64,000 nt of DNA from Paraspadella gotoi (taxonomy: Eukaryota > Animalia > Chaetognatha), in assembly GCA_051294375.1 (NCBI GenBank), contig CM119269.1, forward strand, positions 124,001 through 188,000, in the 5' to 3' direction. This document shows, piece after piece, positions 1 to 14,729 of this stretch. The stretch's first letter is position 1, and every line of letters starts with the position of its first letter. The translations under genes were made by a program, and so were the position numbers. The notes below the pieces were generated by a model. It had not been told where the DNA came from. It worked only from the letters and a program-made list of their open reading frames with translations, and searched no databases.

Positions 1-1616
1 TCTGATATCATTGTCATCATCGTTCAGCATCTGTATTTCACCTCTGACATAGTATCTAATTCTTCATTCACGTGATCGTCTTCTTCCTTTCTTCTTCCTC
101 CTCCTCCTCTTCCTCCTTCTCACCTTGACTTCCCCCTTGATACGAATCGGAATCTCAATAAAATCATTGACTCTCTCTCGTCTGCTCTCTCCTCTCTCTC
201 TCTCTCGCTCTCCTCTTCTCTCTCTCTTTCTCTCTTCTTTCTCTAATTACGCCCCCTTGTTCATTCGCCTTTCTCCTCTTTTTCCCTTTTTTCTTTCTCT
301 GAATTTTACTTTATTGTTCGTTGTCTCTCGTTTTTGTCTCCTTTATTTCTTAGTTGCGCCGCGAGTACTCGCTGAGCAAACTCTAATAAGCCACTTTCTC
401 GTTAGTCGGTCGGTCGCCGGTCCGTCGTATGTCTGTCCGTCGCTGTTCCCACTTACGTTTAAAAATTGCTCATACACTTGCATATGGTTAGATGCTCGAT
501 GCTCATTTGTTTAAGATAGGAACAAGTTTGAGCAAACAATGTCGGATCGCCTACGATAATTAATTAATTAATTGATTAATTAATTAATTAATAGATAATT
601 ACATTAATAAATAGATTAAATTAATTAGATTAATTATAATATTTTCAAGCTTGTCACATCGATGTCCTTAGAAAATTGAGTCAGACATTATTAAATGGGT
701 TTTGTTTACATTTTATCAAACAAACCAAATATCCTTATTATCGAGCCAGGCGAGGCAAAAGCCCGTCCTGAGTCTCGATTTTTTTTCGGTTGAGCTTTCG
801 GGTCTCGCTTTTTTTCAATCATGGCTTCTGAAAGTGTTATATCATAGGGAGTTGAATTTTCATAATAGGCTGTCTAATCATAAGCATCTTTTAAAATTTC
901 TCATGTTTCATATCAAATTGTACGGGATTTGTTTATGTTTATTTACAAAACAAAAAACCGTTTATATATTGCTCGCTTCTCGCTCTCTGTCTCTTTTTCC
1001 GTCACTGCTTCTTCTAAAAACGAGTTCCGCTCTGCAAGCGTTGTCCAAGCTTCTTTCTCTCTCTCGCTCTCTTCTCTCTCTCTCTCTTTTTTTTAAAGCA
1101 AAAACATTTTTTAGATATAATGTGGGTTTCACTAATGGTTAAAAAACGATGCCACGGAACAGGGCGCTGAACCCGGCGTTGCCTTTTGGGTAGAGAATAA
1201 GCTCACGTACGTGCGGGCGCCATAAGTACTGCTGATTCTTTAACGGAGTAAAGGCTGTAGAGGGCTTTCTCTCTCTCTCTCTCTTTTAATTATTATTATA
1301 TCGCTCTTTTCGCTTCTCTTTTCTCTGCAGCGGGCTGTCTCTCTCTCTCCTCTCTTTTTCTCTCTTCTCTCTCTGTCTCTCTGTCTCTCTGTGGTCTGTC
1401 CCTATACTGTCCGATTCTTTTGCTGATCGTTTGTTTAAAAATTCGAATTATTTTTTTCCTCCTTCTAAAAACTTTTTATTATTGCCATTTATTCCGCGCT
1501 TTTTTCAATACAAAATCCCATATTTTCATCCGAGATTTTCGTGGATTTTATTTCTCTTTCTTTTCTTCTCTCTCCTCTCTCTTCCTTCCTCTTTCTCTCT
1601 CTCTCTCTTTTCTTTC

Positions 1617-1663
<47 letters not shown>

Positions 1664-2199
1664 TTCACTCATAACACGCATGTTTTGTTGTTTTATTGGA
1701 CTATGCATCGCATCAATGAAATGACAATCATCGCGATCAAAATTGAATGACAATCATCGCATCACTGAATGACTAATCATCACACATGAATGACTATCAT
1801 CGCATCAATAAATTGATATCATCGAACCAATTAATTTCAATTCCTAATTACATTCAATAAATTACTATTACATCAAATCAATTAGTATTACCTCAAATCA
1901 ATTACTAGTACATCAGACAATTCGTTATCGCATGATTCATTCGGTTTTTTTCCCCCAGGTTTTTTCATTAATTTTCTATTGATAGTGGGCTCTGGCTCGC
2001 ATCATTGAGTCTTTTAAAGATTTTTTATTATATAGTCTCCTTCTCTCATCTTCTCTCTCTCTCTCAGCTCTCTCTCTTTCTCTCCACTCTCTCTCTCTCT
2101 CTCACTCTCTCTTTCTCTCTTCTCTCTCTCTTCTCTCCTCTCTTTTATGCAATAGCGACGATCCTTATGCTTTTTAAGATTTTTTAACTTGCATCATTT

Positions 2200-3270
2200 T
2201 TTCAACTTGCATAATTTTTTTCAACTTGCATTCAGTCAAAACTTTTATATCTAGCATTCTTCACTCACTTTCCTACCGGCTCACAAATTCATCTCAATCT
2301 ATTCATTGGTAAAATAAATAAAAGCATGCACAGTAAATGTGATTCATTTTTTTCATTTAAAACTCATTTCCAGCTGGTACGTTTCCAACTGAAAACTTAT
2401 ATCCCAAGCTCGTCATACGTTATCCTACCCACACCACAATTTCAACTTCCAATCTATCCATCCAATTATGGATTAATGGAGTATTTTATTGGTTAATAAA
2501 GTTAAAAGATTTTAGATAAATCGACTATGTTTTTTCCATTTAACTTATTTCCACTCACACGATTCCATCGAATTTTATATCCAGCTTTAATCACCACACT
2601 TTCCTAACCCACACACAAAAATTAATTCCAATCCAACCAGCCAATCACGGAGTTGATTGGAGCTTTTTGCATAAGATGGACGGGAGTGGACGGAATTGAT
2701 TGACTTAATTAAATTATTGATTAATTTATTTACCAATTATTAATTAACTGATTAATTATTTGATTTATTAAATACATCCTGCAGATACATTTAATAAAAG
2801 GATAACAAAGAAGCATAAAGCAAATTAGTAAAACAAGAGTTTTTTGTTTTTTTCATTTTAAAACTCACTTCCACTTCAAACTATGTCCATCGAAACTTTG
2901 ATTTCTCTGTTTCAATCAACACCAACTTCCTACCCAATACAATTTCCAGGTCAATCAAAGCCATCCACTCATGACAAATTGGGTGTTCAAATACGTGAAT
3001 ATATTTTGTTTTGATTTTTCCATTTAACTTCATTTCCACGTCGGACGATTCCATCGAAACTAATATCCACTCAAATCACACCACTTAACCTATCACACAC
3101 AAAAATTTCATTATAAATCCATCCATCCATCACGAGATAATTGAGTGTTTTTGCTAAGGATGACGGAACGGACAACGGACGGACGAGACGGAACGGACAG
3201 TCGGGTAACGGACGGACATACATTTTTTTTGGCATATTTATCATAATTCGATTTCTGAGACATTGATATA
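2200..3270 (+). mobile_element. HINE/DINE-1-like non-autonomous element with tandem core repeats
   Basis: About 5 degenerate units of TTTCCATTTAACT..TTCCAC..GATTCCATCGAA..CTACCCACACACAAAATTTC..CAATCCATCC, ending in (ACGG)n. Reverse copies at about 52525-52620 and 63780-63920. Family assignment is by resemblance only. Confidence 0.45.
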
Positions 3271-4234
3271 AGGTGTGTGCCCGACAATATTGATGGGCGA
3301 ACCGAACGAGAGCCGAAAAAGTGAGTTATAAAAAGTGAGTTATTAGAGATCGGATCTGCGTGAGTAAGAGCAGATTCGACTTAAAAATTCCTCAAAAATT
3401 TAAATGGTTACTAGCGAGGCCTTCAGGAAAATCCTAAATCCTAAATGCCTGAAACTATTACAAACAAAAGACCGGAATTCGATGCAGTGCGGTAAATAAA
3501 TTACTTGGGCTAAGAAAAGTTTTTGTATTCAAGTAGTCATTGTTTCATATCATTGTCAAAAAAATTTCCACGGATTAAGGCAGTCACTGCGGCGCATCAC
3601 GTTTAACATTACCCTTCTTGTATTCATTTTTTTTTCCTTTCTCTTTCCTCTTTTGAGTTCCTATTTCTGTCCGCTCGATGAATCGGCTCGAGATCGGGCT
3701 TCTCAGACTTTTCTGTGGAACGCTCGTCCTTCCATTGTAAAAACCTTACATATTCTAAGCTGAGAAGAATGCGATATAACCTTTATCATATGGATTATAG
3801 TCCCGATACTCTTCTTTTCTTATTCATAATAAAATCCTATCTTTTTCTTTACACTCTAAATTATCAACTTTGATTTTTTTTTTTTGAAACGGNNNNNNNN
3901 NNNNNNNNNNNNNNNNNCCGTCCTACTGTTCCATCCACTCAAATGTTTCAGTTCACCCTAGTGTCTCTGTCCACTCCGTTCTCCATAACGAGTTCTCGTA
4001 TTTCTTCACCTGTGACTTTTCTTCCCTTAATTGACGCGCAAGGTCGACCCTAACCGAACTCTTACCCTCCCTGGGCCTTTCCTTTTTTCTTCTTCCTTTT
4101 TTCTCCTTTTTTCTTCTTCCTTTTTTCTCCTTTTTTCTTCTTCCTTTTTTTCCTTCATTCTTTTCCTTGGTACTTTTTTCCTTGATTCCTGTCATTTTTT
4201 TTCAACTATTTCTTTCACCTTTTCTCTTCCTTAT

Positions 4235-4319
<85 letters not shown>

Positions 4320-4327
4320 GTAATAAT
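4235..4327. repeat. (AAT)n microsatellite
   Basis: About 30 near-perfect units. Confidence 0.95.
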
Positions 4328-4844
4328 TTCTTTCATTTTCATTTTCTTTATTTCTTTTATTATTTCCATGGTCTCTTTTCTTTATCCCTTTTCCTCTTTG
4401 CTCTTTTCTTTTTCCTCTTATCTTTTTTTTTTTTATTTTTTTCTAATCTTTCTTCTCTTTTCCTCCTTTCTTTTTTCATTCTCTCCCGTCTGCATAATTA
4501 TTTATTTTATTTTCTCCATATTTTTTGTCTGATCTGCTTATAGCAGATCCTGACTCTATAATTCACTTTGTCGGTCCATCGGTCCGCCCCCTAAATCTTG
4601 TCACTTATATCATGTCAGAACATCGAATTATTTTATCAATTTATTTATCAATTAAATAATTATTTAATCAATCACTCAATCAATAAATCAATCAATCAAT
4701 CAAGTCAATCAATCAATCAATCAAGTCGATCGTTATCGGCATTATTGTTGCCATCACCATCATCGTCATCATTGCTTTTCTCGTGGTCAGTGCTGAAAAT
4801 AACTCAAAACAAACATTGAAATTAACTTGGAATAATTTAAAAAT

Positions 4845-4901
4845 TAATTAATTACCGCTAATGATCGTAGGCAGATCCGACATTGTTTGCTCAAACTTGT
4901 T
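4845..4901 (-). repeat. Dispersed repeat terminus AACAAGTTTGAGCAAACAATGTCGGATCTGCCTACGATCAT
   Basis: Also at 521-560 (+), about 11262-11305 (-), 16962-17005 (+) and 20780-20825 (-), always next to (AATT)n. Confidence 0.75.
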
Positions 4902-5064
4902 TATCTCTCTCCTTATTTAATATTTATGTATTTCTCTTTATTCTTGATATTTCTTTTGAGGAGAACGTTCAAAATATCGCAATCAAAAATACAAATATAT
5001 TTAATAAATAGTTCAATATTCCTAAATCAAAAAAAGTCTTTTGATCAATTCCCCCCCCCCCAAG

Positions 5065-5234
5065 GTTGCCTTCTCCCCCCGACTCCGCTGTCCTCGTGAC
5101 GCCATTTTACGCGACGATGAGCGTGAATTTCACGTGGATTGTGACGTTCTCGCAAACCCCGTCGTTCCTGCGCAGAACATCTATTGGCTCTTAGACTCGG
5201 GGGGGAACTATTCGCACACCATTCAAAACTCCAG
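5065..5234 (+). CDS. Ig-superfamily receptor, exon A (first half of an Ig-like domain; upstream exons not identified)
   Basis: Pyrimidine tract + AAG acceptor, GTATGT donor at 5235. Reads VAFSPRLRCPRDAILRDDEREFHVDCDVLANPVVPAQNIYWLLDSGGNYSHTIQNS with Ig-type C-x-V-x-ANP...I-x-W pattern; ends in phase 2. Confidence 0.8.
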
Positions 5235-5640
5235 GTATGTTACTCCAGCTTACTTGTTCTGGCATCGGTAGTAGATCTACTGACGCGCATACCTTACAAA
5301 ACTGGATGCGAGTATAACACCTTTAAAACATACTCTAAAACATACTTTAAAACATACTTTTTGTCCCCAAAGAGACTCAATTTATTAAAATTGCCCCAAA
5401 GATCATGAATGTTTCTCTCTTCTCTCTCTCTACATAATCCTGCACTTGGAGATCTCACTGTAACTTTTGCGATGTTACAGTGTGTCCTTATTTCTCACCA
5501 TTAAAGCTACAGCTCATCTGTTTGTCCTGGTCTCTCTATCTATCCCTCCCCATTAAAGCCACTGCTCTTTTGTTTGCCCTCGTCTCTCTCTCTTTCTCTA
5601 TTCCTCCCCATTAAAGCCGTTGCCCTTTTGTTTGCCCCAG

Positions 5641-5772
5641 TGTCCTTAAATACACAACGTCGACGATAGAGGGCGGATCTCGCGTCCACGCAGTCCTGGA
5701 CCGAAGTCTGTTGACGTTCGAGCAGCCGGAACGAACGCTGACTCTTCACGTTTTTGGCCAGAGGGGAGACAG
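5641..5772 (+). CDS. Ig-superfamily receptor, exon B
   Basis: TTTGCCCCAG acceptor, GTGGGT donor at 5773; 132 nt, phase 2-2, open: (S)VLKYTTSTIEGGSRVHAVLDRSLLTFEQPERTLTLHVFGQRGD. Confidence 0.75.
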
Positions 5773-6023
5773 GTGGGTTCTCTTCTTTTATTGTTCTTTT
5801 GTTCCTTCTTTTGTTCTTTCTTTTTTTTGTTCTTTCTTTTCTTCGTTCGTTCCTTCCTGTTTTGGAGTCAAAAACTAAAGCGTTAAGTCTCGTGATTGAT
5901 TTCTTTCGTTGCGATTAGATTTCGTGTGTGAGAAGCTTCCAGGTGCTTTAGAGAATTCGGCCCGACGCTTTAATCTCTCTCTCTCTCTCTCTCTCTCTNN
6001 NNNNNNNNNNNNNNNNNNNNNNN

Positions 6024-8040
6024 AAGAGAGGATATGGTATCGAGGAAGCAGACAATACCATCCTGAGCCGTGCGCAAAGGATCTCATTGGAGACATTATT
6101 GAACACCCCCTGAAACTGCAATAGAAGCTAGCCATCAAAGTGACATGTTTGAAAAGGAGGTGGAATGTCAAATTCCAACTGCTCGATGTGCTTATAAAGC
6201 GGCAAAGAGGGGCCGGCTCATTGGAATTTTAATATATGCACAACTCGACCCACACTGACCAGTAATTCCCTTTGTATTGCGCGATGCTCCCTTGTCGCAT
6301 AAGCTGGCACGGTCAGTCCCTTACCAGGAGACGAGCTCAGCTGATTCGCGGTCGACGAGGACCCCGAGCTTCAGGTCGCCGAGCTTGAGGCATATCAAAA
6401 GAGCCTGGCGATCAATGGTTACCCTCTGGCTGGGCGTTCGAGAGGCCAGGTTCGGCAGAACTTGAGCTGAAGGACGAGTGGCCACAGCAAGCGGGCTGTC
6501 CAAGTAACCAGCTGACGCAAGTTGCAATCTCGCGACCCGCCGCAGGAGGGCGAACGAAGACCTTGATGTTGGAGGAGCCGACGCGGCCCACCAACAAGGC
6601 GCAAGTGGGAGATAGACAGAAGCGTCTCAGAACAGTGGGTCAACTTGTCCTCCCCCTATCATACCCTGGAGGGGATCACTGAATCATTGGGTGCGGCCAG
6701 TGCCTGCAAAGCAGGGATCTCAGTCAGTGACACGACCGGGCTCTTTCGTGAGCAATGGTGAACCGAAAGACAAAATCCCAGACCCGAAAAGCATAGGAGG
6801 CCGTCTATTGGGCGTCCTGTGCAGGAGCGGGCAACCAACCCTGCCACAGCAGCATACCGTGGGCGATGACAGGGAAAGTCTCTATCAGATAGGTTCCAAC
6901 AAAATAATCAAGCCCTATCGCGATTCTAGAGGGCACTATCTTGTCGGCAGTTGCAGAACAGCACGCAACACTATGTGAACTGTTCCACAGAGAAGAAGAC
7001 TGTCTCGTACTGTCGCCATGACCAAAACTGGTTCTCAAGAGGTATTAGAGAGGCAATTTACATCAAAGGCACTCGACACCCTCTTTGAAGCCGTGATGGA
7101 GGACGATTCGAACGATCAGCCTCAGCCGCACGGTGATTCCCACTGTCCTCACTCAACGGGTCCAGCGGAGGCCTCTCAGAGGCAATGGACGTCCGACTGC
7201 CTCAACCGAAGCTTGTCAGCAACTTGGCGCGACTCTTCTCGGTGCTGAGGGTCGCCCAACACAGCTACCAGAGGAGGGAGAGGAGTCTGTATCACCTGTC
7301 CCAAAACAGGCCCCGAAAGGCATCGCCCACCTCACGCAGGTGAGAGAGGGCCTTCGGCAGGCCTATCAAGGTTCAGAGAGTATTCGAGTGCGCTGGGCAT
7401 TTTTCCGGCCGGATCATTGCCGGATCCAGCCCTGTCCCCATGTCCGCCACAGTACTCGTCCCTCAGCTAAATGACAGGCCAGTGACCCGACTGCATCGTT
7501 GGCGTCCCGCGTTTGCCCGGCTGGGGGGGGGGCGGCTCATTTTTTTGAGCTCTTTTTCTCCTACTATTTCCACTTATCTTTAACTTATCTATCCTCCATC
7601 ACTATTCTTCGTATTTCATTTCTCTTACTAACAAATCATAGCTAACAATTAATTTATTAATTTACTTTTGTTAAAATATTTAGTTTTCTAAACAAATTTT
7701 TTCACTGTTAGTACATTGCTTATGTATGATACCTGTGTTCTCTCCTCTCTCTCTTCTCTCTCTCTCTTTTTCTTTTCACAATTTCAAAATCATTTACTCT
7801 CGTCTTATCCTACTTTCACCTGTCCTCAACATCTGACCACTATCCTTGCTCAATCTTTGGTTGGAAAACTCTCTCTCTCTTCATTCTCTTCTCTCTCCTC
7901 AAACTAATGTTAAAAAATTTTGGGGTCTCATTGAATTCACTTGCTATGAAGACTCGCAAACTAAGAAGTCCGAAACATGTACATTAATAAAATAAAATTG
8001 CTATTACAACGAAATTTTTTCGTTTCAATCTCTAACTATT
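6024..8040 (+). mobile_element. Redundant copy of the intronic PLE (RT C-terminus, GIY-YIG, pLTR)
   Basis: Reverse complement of about 32477-34465 with many 1-bp indels and the same host flank downstream. Confidence 0.85.
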
Positions 8041-8374
8041 ATAAAATTAATATAATTAAGCTTTTTAAACAAATCGTCGACAACAATACACAAACAAAAC
8101 AACAACAACAACACAACAACTACTCTCACCAACGGCGGTGAATCTGATTCCCTTCTATATGGCGCCGTTTGTACGTTGCTGCCTTTAGTTTCTTCTATGG
8201 CAACCAGTGGCAACTGGAATGCCAACTTGACCACTGGGCCACTTTTGCTTTCTGGGACAGGCTTCACCACTTGGGTGTGGAAAGGGGTAGCGGGAGTGAT
8301 TTTCAGGAGTGAGTGGGGTAATAGGTGGGACAAGAGATGAAAATAAATTTGAAGAAAGGAAGATAGAGAGAGAA

Positions 8375-8406
<32 letters not shown>

Positions 8407-10253
8407 TTTTACAAAGTCTTCTTAGCTTCCTGACACTCTTGTGTCTTCCTCTAACGATGAGAGACACCATGTATCCCTTTTTGACTCTCGACCGAAGGTT
8501 TGAGCAAAGATTTGGAACGCTATGAGGGTGAGTTCAATCTCCGTTTTTTATTTTGCGCACGTGATGGTAGAGACCTCTTGTGAGCGATTTGGTGTAGTTC
8601 ATGTGGGTAAAGAGTAAGAATCCGTCCCCATTTGTCGCTTGATGAGAAAGGGTATAGGTTAGGCAATAGGGATAGGGGATATGGGGATAGGGATAGGGAT
8701 AGGAGAATAAGATAGGGAATAGGGGAATAGGGGATTTGGGGATAGGGGGATAAGGGATAGGGGATAGGGAATAAGGATAGGAGAAAGGGGATAGGGAATG
8801 GGTGATAAGGGATTGGGGATAGTGATAAGGGATAGGGGATAGGAGATGGATGAGGGATAGATGATGAAGGGATAGGGGTTATTGGGATAGGGGATAAGAG
8901 TTAGGGGATAGGTGATAAGGGATAGGGGGAATGGTAAAGGGAAGGGGAAGGAATAGGCTATAGGTTATAGGGATAGCTAATAGTTATAGAGGATAGTTTG
9001 AATATGGGATAAGGATGTGGGATAGGGATAAGGGATAGGTGATAAGAGATGGGGATAGGTGATAAGGGATAGCAGGATAGGAAGATAGGGGATAGGAGAA
9101 AGGGGATAGGGATAAGGGATTTGGTTAGGGAAAAAGAGATAGGGGATAGGACAGGAGATAAAATAGTAAATGGGAGGAAGAAAGATTAGAGAAAATAGGA
9201 GATATGGAATCAGAGGATGAAAGAAGAAAGAAGAAAGTAAGAAAGAAAAAAGGGATCAGGATCTAATTAGAACAAGCAAAGTCCTCGAATTGTATCCCTT
9301 GATTTAGTTTATTACATCACGCCGGATATCCCTTTCTTTGTCGTTACTAAAATAAATTACTATCATCTCGTTCCGATCGAAAAATTTAGTAATCGCCTTA
9401 TTTTTAGCAATCAGCACTAAAGATTTTAGAAAACGAACCAAATCATAGAATTTTTTTTTAATTTGCAACTTTATCGATTGCGACAGATTTTTTTACCCGT
9501 TATTTGATCAAGCTTTTTTTCAACGTACCACCTGAATACTCCCCTAGATAACACCAAGCTTTTTTGAAGCAATCATGCAATCTTCCGGGATCAAAAAACG
9601 TGACCCACGTTGCAACGAGATGTTGGGCCCACGCACCAATGGATTCCCCACGACGATGACAGTGAACGCGCACAGGTCGACGGGTCTTTGAAAAGGCCTG
9701 CATTGAAGGATCAGTCAAGTTTGGGGCCGAAGAGGTAAACCAAGCGGAATGTTGACCACGGGCATCTGAAATAGGGGGGGGGCGGAATGTAAAAGGATTA
9801 ATGAGAATGAAAAGGACTTTTTTAAACTAAATAGTTATAAATACATAAAAGTCTATAAGGGGCAGGGAGGAGAAGTAAGGGAAAGAAAAGAAAGAAGAAA
9901 AAAGGGGATAGAAATACTTGAAGAAAGAAATAAAGAAGAAGAAAGAAAGAAAGAAAGAAAGAAAAGAAGCAGAAAGAAAGAAAGAAGAAAGAAAGAGACT
10001 TCTGACCCAAAAGAAAGAAAGAAAGAGAAGAAAGAAAGAAGAAAGAGACTTCATCCAAGGAAGAAAGAAAGGAAAGAAAAGAAGACAGAAAGAAAGAAGG
10101 AGACTTCATCCAAAAAAAAGAAAGAAAAAAGAAAGAAAGAAAGAAAGAAAGAGACTTATCCAAAGCTTGTCTTTTGTTCTTTGTCTCTCACGCGTCCCTT
10201 CTGCGTTCGTTTTTACTTTTGTGTTACGAAATAGACCGTGATCCGTTAGACTA

Positions 10254-10285
<32 letters not shown>

Positions 10286-10290
10286 TAGAG

Positions 10291-10331
<41 letters not shown>

Positions 10332-10889
10332 CTAGAGAGAGAAGAGATAGAGAGAGACGAGTTAGACGAGAGAAATCTGGAGATACTCTCGACGATCAGA
10401 GAGAAGAGAGAGAGAGAGAATAGAGAGAGAGAGAGGAGAGAGGAAGAGAAGAGAGAGAGAGAGAGAGAGAGATAGAGGAAGACAGAAACAGAGAGTAGGC
10501 GGAGAGAGAGAGAGAGAGAGAGAGTAGGTTTAGTGGAGAGAAGAGACAGAGCGAGAGAGAGAGAGGAGATAAGAGAGAGAGAGAAACAGAAAGTAGGCGA
10601 GAGAGATGAGAGAGATAGGAGAGAGAGTGAGAGACCGGACGCATTGAACCACCTGATCAACGCAGGAAAAGTTGTGATTGGATTTTTCGTCATCACTATT
10701 ATCATACAAGTCATTAAACATCATCATCGTCATCGGCTCATCTTGATCAATCATCAATCGTCCACCATCATCAATCGTCTCGTCATTTATCATCATAATC
10801 ATCATCACCATCATCATCGTCATCACAATCATCATTCATCAATCTCTCCTGTTGGTTTAGCCTTTTTCTTTGTTTTCGCCATTATCGAC

Positions 10890-12140
10890 GTTTTCGTCGT
10901 CGTCGTCGTCGTCGTCGGTCGTCGTCGTCGTCGTCGTCGTCGTCGTCTTTTGGTTTAAGTTTTTTTTCGTCTTTTTGTTATCGATATTGAACGTTTTTTT
11001 CGGTCGTCATCGTCCGTCGTCCGTCGTTGTTGTTGTCGTCGTATTCGTTGTTGTCGTCGTCGTCGTCGTCGTTGTTGTCCGTTGTTGGTCGTCGTCGTTG
11101 TTGTCTTGTTGTGCGTTGTCGGTCGTCGTTGTTGTCGTCGTGCGTTTTTGTCGTCGTCGTCGTCGTCGTCGTCGAAGCAAAGACTTTGTTTCCGGCGATT
11201 CGATCCTTTTGTCGTTTTATTTCACTGGAATAATTAATTAATTAATTAATTAATTACCGCGATAATGATCGTGGGCAGATTCGACAATTGTTTGCTCAAA
11301 CTTGTTTTTAAGGTTTGTTCTCGTTGTTTGTTCTCTTTAGATAGTTTTGTTTAATTTCTTGTTTGTTATTTTAAATTACATATTTTAACTTAGCTTTCAA
11401 ATCTTTTTTTGTTGCTAATTAACTTTTCTCGTTCTATCTCTTTCCTTCATTCCTACTTCCTTTCCTCCCTCTTTTCTCTATTTCCTTTCCTGTCTCCGTC
11501 ATTCATTCTTTTCCCTCCTTTCGCTTTCCTTTCCTCCCTTTCCTCGGCTCTATTCCTTTCTCTCTTTCACCTGCTCTTCCTTCTCCATCTCACCCGAATT
11601 TACTTCTGGTTTCGATCAGTTGATTTTTCCAAATCCGATGACGACTTCGTCAGCGAACGACGACGAATTGATGACAGCGACGACGACGACGACGATGAAC
11701 GACGACGACGAACGAATCACCGACGACGACGATGCAGAGACGAACGACGATGACAGAGACGACGAATCGACGATCGAAGTGACAGAGAACGACGACGACG
11801 ACGATGACGACCGGACGATGACAGAGACGACGACGATGACAGAGAGACGACGACGACGACGTGACAGAGACGACACGAACGATGACGACGACGACGGAGA
11901 TGACAGATGACGACGACGATGCCAGAGATCGACGACGACGACGATGACAGACAAGACGACGACGATGACAGAGACGAACTGACGAATGACAGAGACGACG
12001 ACGACTGACGATGAAGAGACGAACGGAACGACGACGATGACGAACGACGGTGAGCAGAGACCGACGGAACGATACAGAGACGACGACGACGACGAATGAC
12101 AGAGACGAACGATGAACGACGACGATGACAAGACGACGAT
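10890..12140. repeat. (GTC)n block followed by (GAC)n/GACGATGACAGAGAC block
   Basis: GTC-rich 10890-11175 and GAC-rich 11640-12140; recopied at 20430-21680. Confidence 0.85.
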
Positions 12141-12729
12141 GAACAACTTTGTGATTGAGAACGACTAAACAAATTGGTAAATCAACGATAAACCATTGAC
12201 GAATATGTAACAACTCGAAGAATAATTACTAAGTTAAACAAAATGACTGGCGACGATGACTACCTTAATGAGGACGACTGCAGAAAAGACAATGAGAATC
12301 ATATGAAAGTTTGTAAACAAACGATGACAATGACAATAACGACGAACGACGACTTTGAACGACAAAAAAAAGAAGTAACGATGATACAATGCAACCATAA
12401 AATATCGGGAAAAATGATGAACAAATACGAAAATGACATTGACGCTTCCGCTCGATGATTTCAAAATGAACGCGCTTCACTGGAAATCTCTCGGGGCGAA
12501 TGCCACCTGAAGGACGACAGGCGTCTGGCTGGACGGCTGCGGCGGCTGCGGCGGCGACAAGGCAAGCGACGTCGGTTATAGACTCTCAGAGGAGTAAACA
12601 TGATTTTAACCGATTTGTCTGGTCATAGTTACTTCATAAATGACGAAAAGTCAATAAAAGTTATAGAGCGAAGAAATTGGACTGAACATAAGACTCAATC
12701 TTAAAAACAATGAGTCGGAAAAAAAGGGT

Positions 12730-12748
12730 TGTCAGAGGGATTTTTGCG

Positions 12749-12796
<48 letters not shown>

Positions 12797-12981
12797 GCTC
12801 TCTCTTCATCTTTCCTCTCTCATCTTTTCTAGATGAAACCAGGAATTTGTCAGAGGTGGACTTTTGCGGCTCCGATCTTCTTCTCCTCTCTCTCTCTCTC
12901 TTTCTCTCTTCTCTTCTCTCTCTCTCTCTCTCTTCTTTTTTCTAGAGTGACGTCAGGATTTCAGAGGGATTTTTGCGGCCA

Positions 12982-13021
<40 letters not shown>

Positions 13022-13139
13022 TTCTCTCTCTCTCTTTCCTAGAATGAACCAGGATTGTCTAGAGGATTTTTGCGGCGCAGTCTCTCTCTCTCTCTCTCTC
13101 TTTTTCTAGATGAACCAGGATTTCAGAGGGATTTTTGAG

Positions 13140-13198
<59 letters not shown>

Positions 13199-13222
13199 TA
13201 CTCTCTCTTTAAGATGAACCAG
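12730..13222 (+). repeat. Tandem ~37-bp unit separated by (CT)n
   Basis: CTAGATGAACCAGGATTTCAGAGGGATTTTTGCGGCC variants near 12830, 12942, 13039 and 13106, partial at 12733 and 13210. Confidence 0.8.
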
Positions 13223-14287
13223 TGATATAGACCTCGCCTCCCCTTTATGGTTCTCTGTCTCGCCCGACATTTCGATTCCCTTTTTGGCTGCCCGCACAGC
13301 GAACCTTGGGACATCTCCCTCCCTCTTACCTTCCCTCTGCTACTCTCTCTCCTCCTCTCTCTTCCTTCTTCTCTCCTCCTCTCTCTCTCCTCTCTCTATC
13401 ATTCATCGGAAATTAAAGACAAATGAGTATAATGGATAAAAATATATGGGATGATGAGGGTCAAATGATACATGACAACAACGCGATTGGGGAATAACAA
13501 CTACGGATTAACGATTTCTTAATGGGATAAGTGATGACAGATGAATGACAGGTGAAAACAAATTATAGAGACGGACGCGACGACGACGACCACGCACGAG
13601 ACGACCTCCAACATTCTGCTTTATCGACTTCCTCGAATTATGGCTTGAGAAAATCGGCGACTCATTTCCTGTCCGGAAAACGACGCCGACAACGACAACA
13701 ACAACAACAACAAAAACGACCACCTGCTTACGCGGCCGCAAAACTAATGTGGGCTGTCAAATCTCAAAGAGATGAACGACGACGACGACGATGACGACGA
13801 GCGATGACGACGGGACAGTGCTCTTGAGAATTAGTTGAGACTTAAGAACTCAAGCATACTGGATTCTCTCAGGTGAAATCAGTGATAACAACGACGACAA
13901 CAATAGACGACGACGGCGACGAACCAGACGAGACTATATTCTAATCAATCCTTAACCGAAACCCCAAAACATTAATTAACTAACCCTAACGCTTATTATT
14001 AAACTCCTAAACTACAACTCAGACTAAATAAAACAGAAACTTGAGGCCTAAAAAAAAACCACATAAAAAATGCATAGAATCGTTAAACAAAAAAGTTGCC
14101 TCAATAAAACTGGCAACGGCGGCGGGTGGCGGCTGAGAGGAAGAATGCCATCAATTTCGGGGTGATTTAGTGGAGAAACGAAAAATCGATTCATTAGTAA
14201 GAGAAGGAAACTCTAAGTTGTTTAGTGACCGGGGTCGGGGAGGGGAAAGAGAATTTTGGCAGAGAGAGAGAGAGTAGAGAGAGAGAG

Positions 14288-14323
<36 letters not shown>

Positions 14324-14694
14324 CTTCTCTTACTAATTGAATCCGATTTTTCGTTTCTGCCACTAAATCACCCGAAATGATGGCATCTTCCATCTCAGCC
14401 GCCACCGCCCGTTGCCAGTTTTATTACCACTTTTTTGTTTAACGGATTCTATGCCATTTTTTATGGTTTTTTTTAGCCTCAAGTTCTGTTTTATTTAGTC
14501 TGAGTTTAGTTAGAGTTTAATAATAAGGGTTAGGTTAGTAATTAATGTTTGGGGTTTCGTTAAGGATTTGATTAGAATAGTCGTCGTCGTCGTCGTCGCC
14601 GTCGTCGTCTTTGTTGTCGTCGTTGTTATCACTGATTCACCTGAGAGAATCCAGATGCTTGAGTTTCTTAAGTCTCAACTAATTCTCAAGAGTA

Positions 14695-14729
<35 letters not shown>

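Noticed and set aside
8650-9150. Telomere or interstitial telomeric repeat next to a PLE
   Set aside because: The unit is degenerate ATAGGG, not TTAGGG/TTAGG. It lies in a host intron separated from the PLE by two exons, and this PLE has its own endonuclease, unlike telomeric EN-minus PLEs.
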